From contig KZ538181.1 in NCBI GenBank assembly GCA_000934665.2, positions 1-64,000 on the forward strand: DNA of 64,000 nt, in the 5' to 3' direction. Of this stretch, positions 60,852 through 64,000 are shown one piece after another. The position numbers and the translations under genes were made by a program. Below the pieces are notes generated by a model that was not told the DNA's origin, ran no database searches, and worked only from the letters and a program-made list of their open reading frames with translations. This DNA is from Catajapyx aquilonaris. Its lineage: Eukaryota. Position 1 is the stretch's first letter; every line of letters starts with the position of its first letter.

Positions 60852-63800
60852 TCATGTAATGAACTGGCTCAAATTAGGAGAGTGCCGCCTCTTTTCATCA
60901 GTTTAATTAACATTAACCTATATATTATATCATTAAATTGTGTACAAAGGGCAACAGCTGCTCCAGTTCCAGAACATTTCATTTATTATTTCTGTAATAC
61001 TTTGTAGGGTCCAGGCTTGCGGCGGTCACTGTACAGTAACTCTTTGATGATGTGTCGACAAATATGTGCCTACTTTTGAGAATTTATTTTGCGGAAAAGT
61101 GTATAAACCCCCCACAATCAGGTTTGTGTTGATTGGATACTCGGAATTTCTCTCTTTTTTGCCATCGCCACCGTGGCTTATTGATTCTGGTCTGCAACTG
61201 TTGACAGAGGAAAGGAAGGGACAGATTGATCTACCTTAGAGGTGGTGCCGGTGACAGAAGGAACAATACATCTTTCAGTGGTTTCAAGCATTAGGCCTAT
61301 ACGAGGTGTGGAATCACTTGCATGTGACCTCCCAGTCATTTCTCCCTGGCTTCTGGTACCAGGACATGGGACATTGGGTATTAGAAGACACTACTTTTGT
61401 AAAAGACACTCCGAAGATGTTGACTCTGGTGGGTTTTCCGGTTCTTTTTTTGGAAAAATGTTTTCTGTGCACGGTCAAAATTTTCAGAAATTCTGCGGCA
61501 TTTAAATGTCAATTATCAAATAATTTCTAACTTTTCCTATATAAATAACTTAACATCTTATAATTATTAACAACCAAAAACCGGAGAAATGAGACTGTCA
61601 CAGTAGGTCGTGCCTGCTTTTCCGGGGAATCTCCGAAGTGCATGGTTATATGCCAGAACCCTATCATTGCAATGGAATATTTCTGCTGGAATTCTCGTGG
61701 TGAGTGAATCAGCGACCAAGTAATACAGTCAGGCCATTATTGGAATAATTATTTTGGAAATGGGCATAAAAATGATTCAATATAAAATTTAAAAGATATA
61801 ATAATATATTACACCAAGAGTGATTACACCCACTGCATAGTACAAAACCGATTAATTTGACCTGTAATACATACAGTATGTAATTGGTTTCCAATGAAAT
61901 ATTAAAAAATGAAATCAAAGATTGACTTTGTCTCATTAGCTAAACCAAGCTTGCCACAAAATTAAAATGCTCTTTTATGTAATCATCAGTAATTAAAATA
62001 CAATTTAAAAACTAAAAAATGCCCAATTTCAGGAACGTATAAAGCACATTGTGCACCATCCCATCCTGTGCTCTCATGTGTACAAGAAGGAAGGGATGAA
62101 CACACAGGCCCTCCATTAGGATTAAGCGGATATTTGATCAAGATTTATCCCTATGCGAATTCCTCCTGTTTTAATTCCCCCAAGGAATAACTGCTTGCAA
62201 ATAGCATCAGATGGGTTAGTTGGATTAAAATTGATTCTTGTCCCTAATACCCAATGTACATGAGCTCTAGAGAACGGTATTAAAGACAGGGTTTGGTATA
62301 TCCGCAAGTTGGGTTTCAAAAATCAGAAAAAAAGGCTAGAAAAAAAAAGCGGCCAGCATTGGACGGATGGTATTGTTGCCCAAAATTACAAGGAAGAAAC
62401 AACGAAGTCTTCTCGCATCTAGGTGAGAAGTGTGGTCGCATCTTGGGGTTGTTTTTCACCCGAATCAGACATTTGGTTTGAATTTATGCCTAATACAGCG
62501 TCGGCTCCCTCGCATTCCCATTGTCGCGCGTGATTTGCTCAAATGGGTTTCTTTTTCGCGCCGCTTCTGTACAGCCGCGGTATTTGTGGGACCATGGTTA
62601 AATAGAAGTTTGTGAAGCGCGATGAAGGTTTCGTTGCGTTGAAAATTGCAGCACCCGCAATAGTGGGACTGCGGTAGACTGCTGCTGCGGGGTAGGCAGG
62701 AGGGGGAGGAGGGGTTACAAGCCCGCCCCCCCCCCCCCTCTCCATTAAGCCAAATGAAGAAACCTTTGCCTGGTCATTGTTTACACTACTTTGATGTTAA
62801 TTGCGAGCCAAGATCGCGTAACTTTTCTTGGCGTTGTCCACAATTCCTTTAGTAACGGGGTGCAATATCCTGGTAGTTTTTATGGAGAGAGAATGTGGGG
62901 GGTGGTGGGATAGGTGGGGTAGTTTTGTGTACTTTTTTTTGGGTTCACAGTGTGGCGTAGTTGGGAGGTTGTCCGGGTGTTAACTTTCAGAGAGAGGGGG
63001 GGATGTGTCCGGTTTTAGTGTCGGAGGTTATACCTACATGGCTCCCCTCTCCACAGCCACCCACCATCCCCTCTTTTCTCCCGGTCCTGTTTGCCCAAAG
63101 CTGGAATGCAAACTTTTTTGCTCCAGAGCAAATTTGCGACGGTGGGATTTTAAGCGCTTTGTTTGTTGGTTTGAATGGCAGAATGAGCGTCGGAGTAGTG
63201 TGTTTCACGTTGTGCTCATTCGTTAAGGTGTAACTTGTGAAACAGGGGGGAAAGCGGTTATTCGCATTAAGACCTATACTGTCATATTGCTTTAATCAGT
63301 TTAATGAGTGTGAAGAGAATGTGGGAAGTAATAATGGATCATGACTCAAGTACACACTTGAAGTGATGGGGAGTTGCAGGTTGAAGTGTCAGCAGAAGCA
63401 ATATATTGAGGAGGCGAGGTGGAAAAGCGGTCAAGTTTGTTATTGAGCAACAACGGGGGTTACATGGTCGATGTACTGTAGAGTGATGCTTATAGAGTTG
63501 TGGTAATATACCGCTCTACCTACTCGTAATAATGAAGTTGCAGCTGTGGAGACCACAACATAATTATGTCAGGTTACAATTTTGGAGAACTTATGAAAAG
63601 TGTTTGACTCATTGTTATTCCGATGCAATGATAATATTGGGGAGATGATATTTATGTACTTATCATCATCGTAGCTGTTGAGGTTGATGGCGATGCACCC
63701 ATAATCTTTTAACATGGCAGTCCTTTATTAATAATCAGGAATCTAGTTGTGTCTATCATAATTATTTCAGACTCGTGAAGAAAGCGATCCATGGGCAATT

Positions 63801-64000
63801 AATTTTTATGGGGCTGATGCATGAGAGCCAAGTAACAGATGCAGTTGGATTCAACTATACGCCTTAGGCAGAAAATATGTTATGAGTTCTGTGATAAGCA
63901 ATGCCTTTAATCTGATGGAAAATGGCTCATGAAATTGTTAACAGTTTTGAAATAAATAAGAATGGTACAATGGGGGGGGGGGNGGGGGGGGACATCTCGA

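Larger units (their letters stand above)
10351..64000 (+). other. Probable large first intron of the CRIM1-like gene (runs off window)
   Basis: Starts at a consensus GTGAGT donor. By-eye reading found no Cys-rich phase-1 exon downstream; the region contains only MITEs, SINEs, microsatellites and unique non-coding DNA. Small exons could have been missed. Confidence 0.5.

Noticed and set aside
1..64000. Prokaryote-type systems (operons, CRISPR arrays, defence islands, retrons)
   Set aside because: The sequence is eukaryotic: low coding density, spliceosomal donor, SINEs, microsatellites. No repeat-spacer array was seen; the 150-bp units at 28.6-29.4 kb have no unique spacers.

Overview
This is AT-rich eukaryotic genomic DNA, most likely from an invertebrate animal, not a prokaryotic or phage window. 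Nearly all ORFs in the six-frame track are spurious. The one clearly recognisable coding segment is at 10008-10350 (+): a signal peptide plus a 12-Cys IGFBP-type domain ending at a phase-1 GTGAGT donor, most like the first coding exon of CRIM1. No convincing second exon was found, so the remaining ~53 kb is probably one large intron. A possible unrecognised multi-exon gene lies on the minus strand at about 6632->1776, head-to-head with the CRIM1-like gene; it was hand-built from phase-compatible GT-AG exons and is low confidence. The rest is a rich set of non-autonomous mobile elements. MITEs have termini/TSDs typical of piggyBac, Tc1/mariner, hAT, PIF/Harbinger, Kolobok, Sola and possibly Academ. 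There are three tRNA-headed SINE types, several nested insertions, two large foldback elements, perfect palindromes and microsatellites. No CRISPR array, rRNA, bona fide tRNA or intact transposase was seen.
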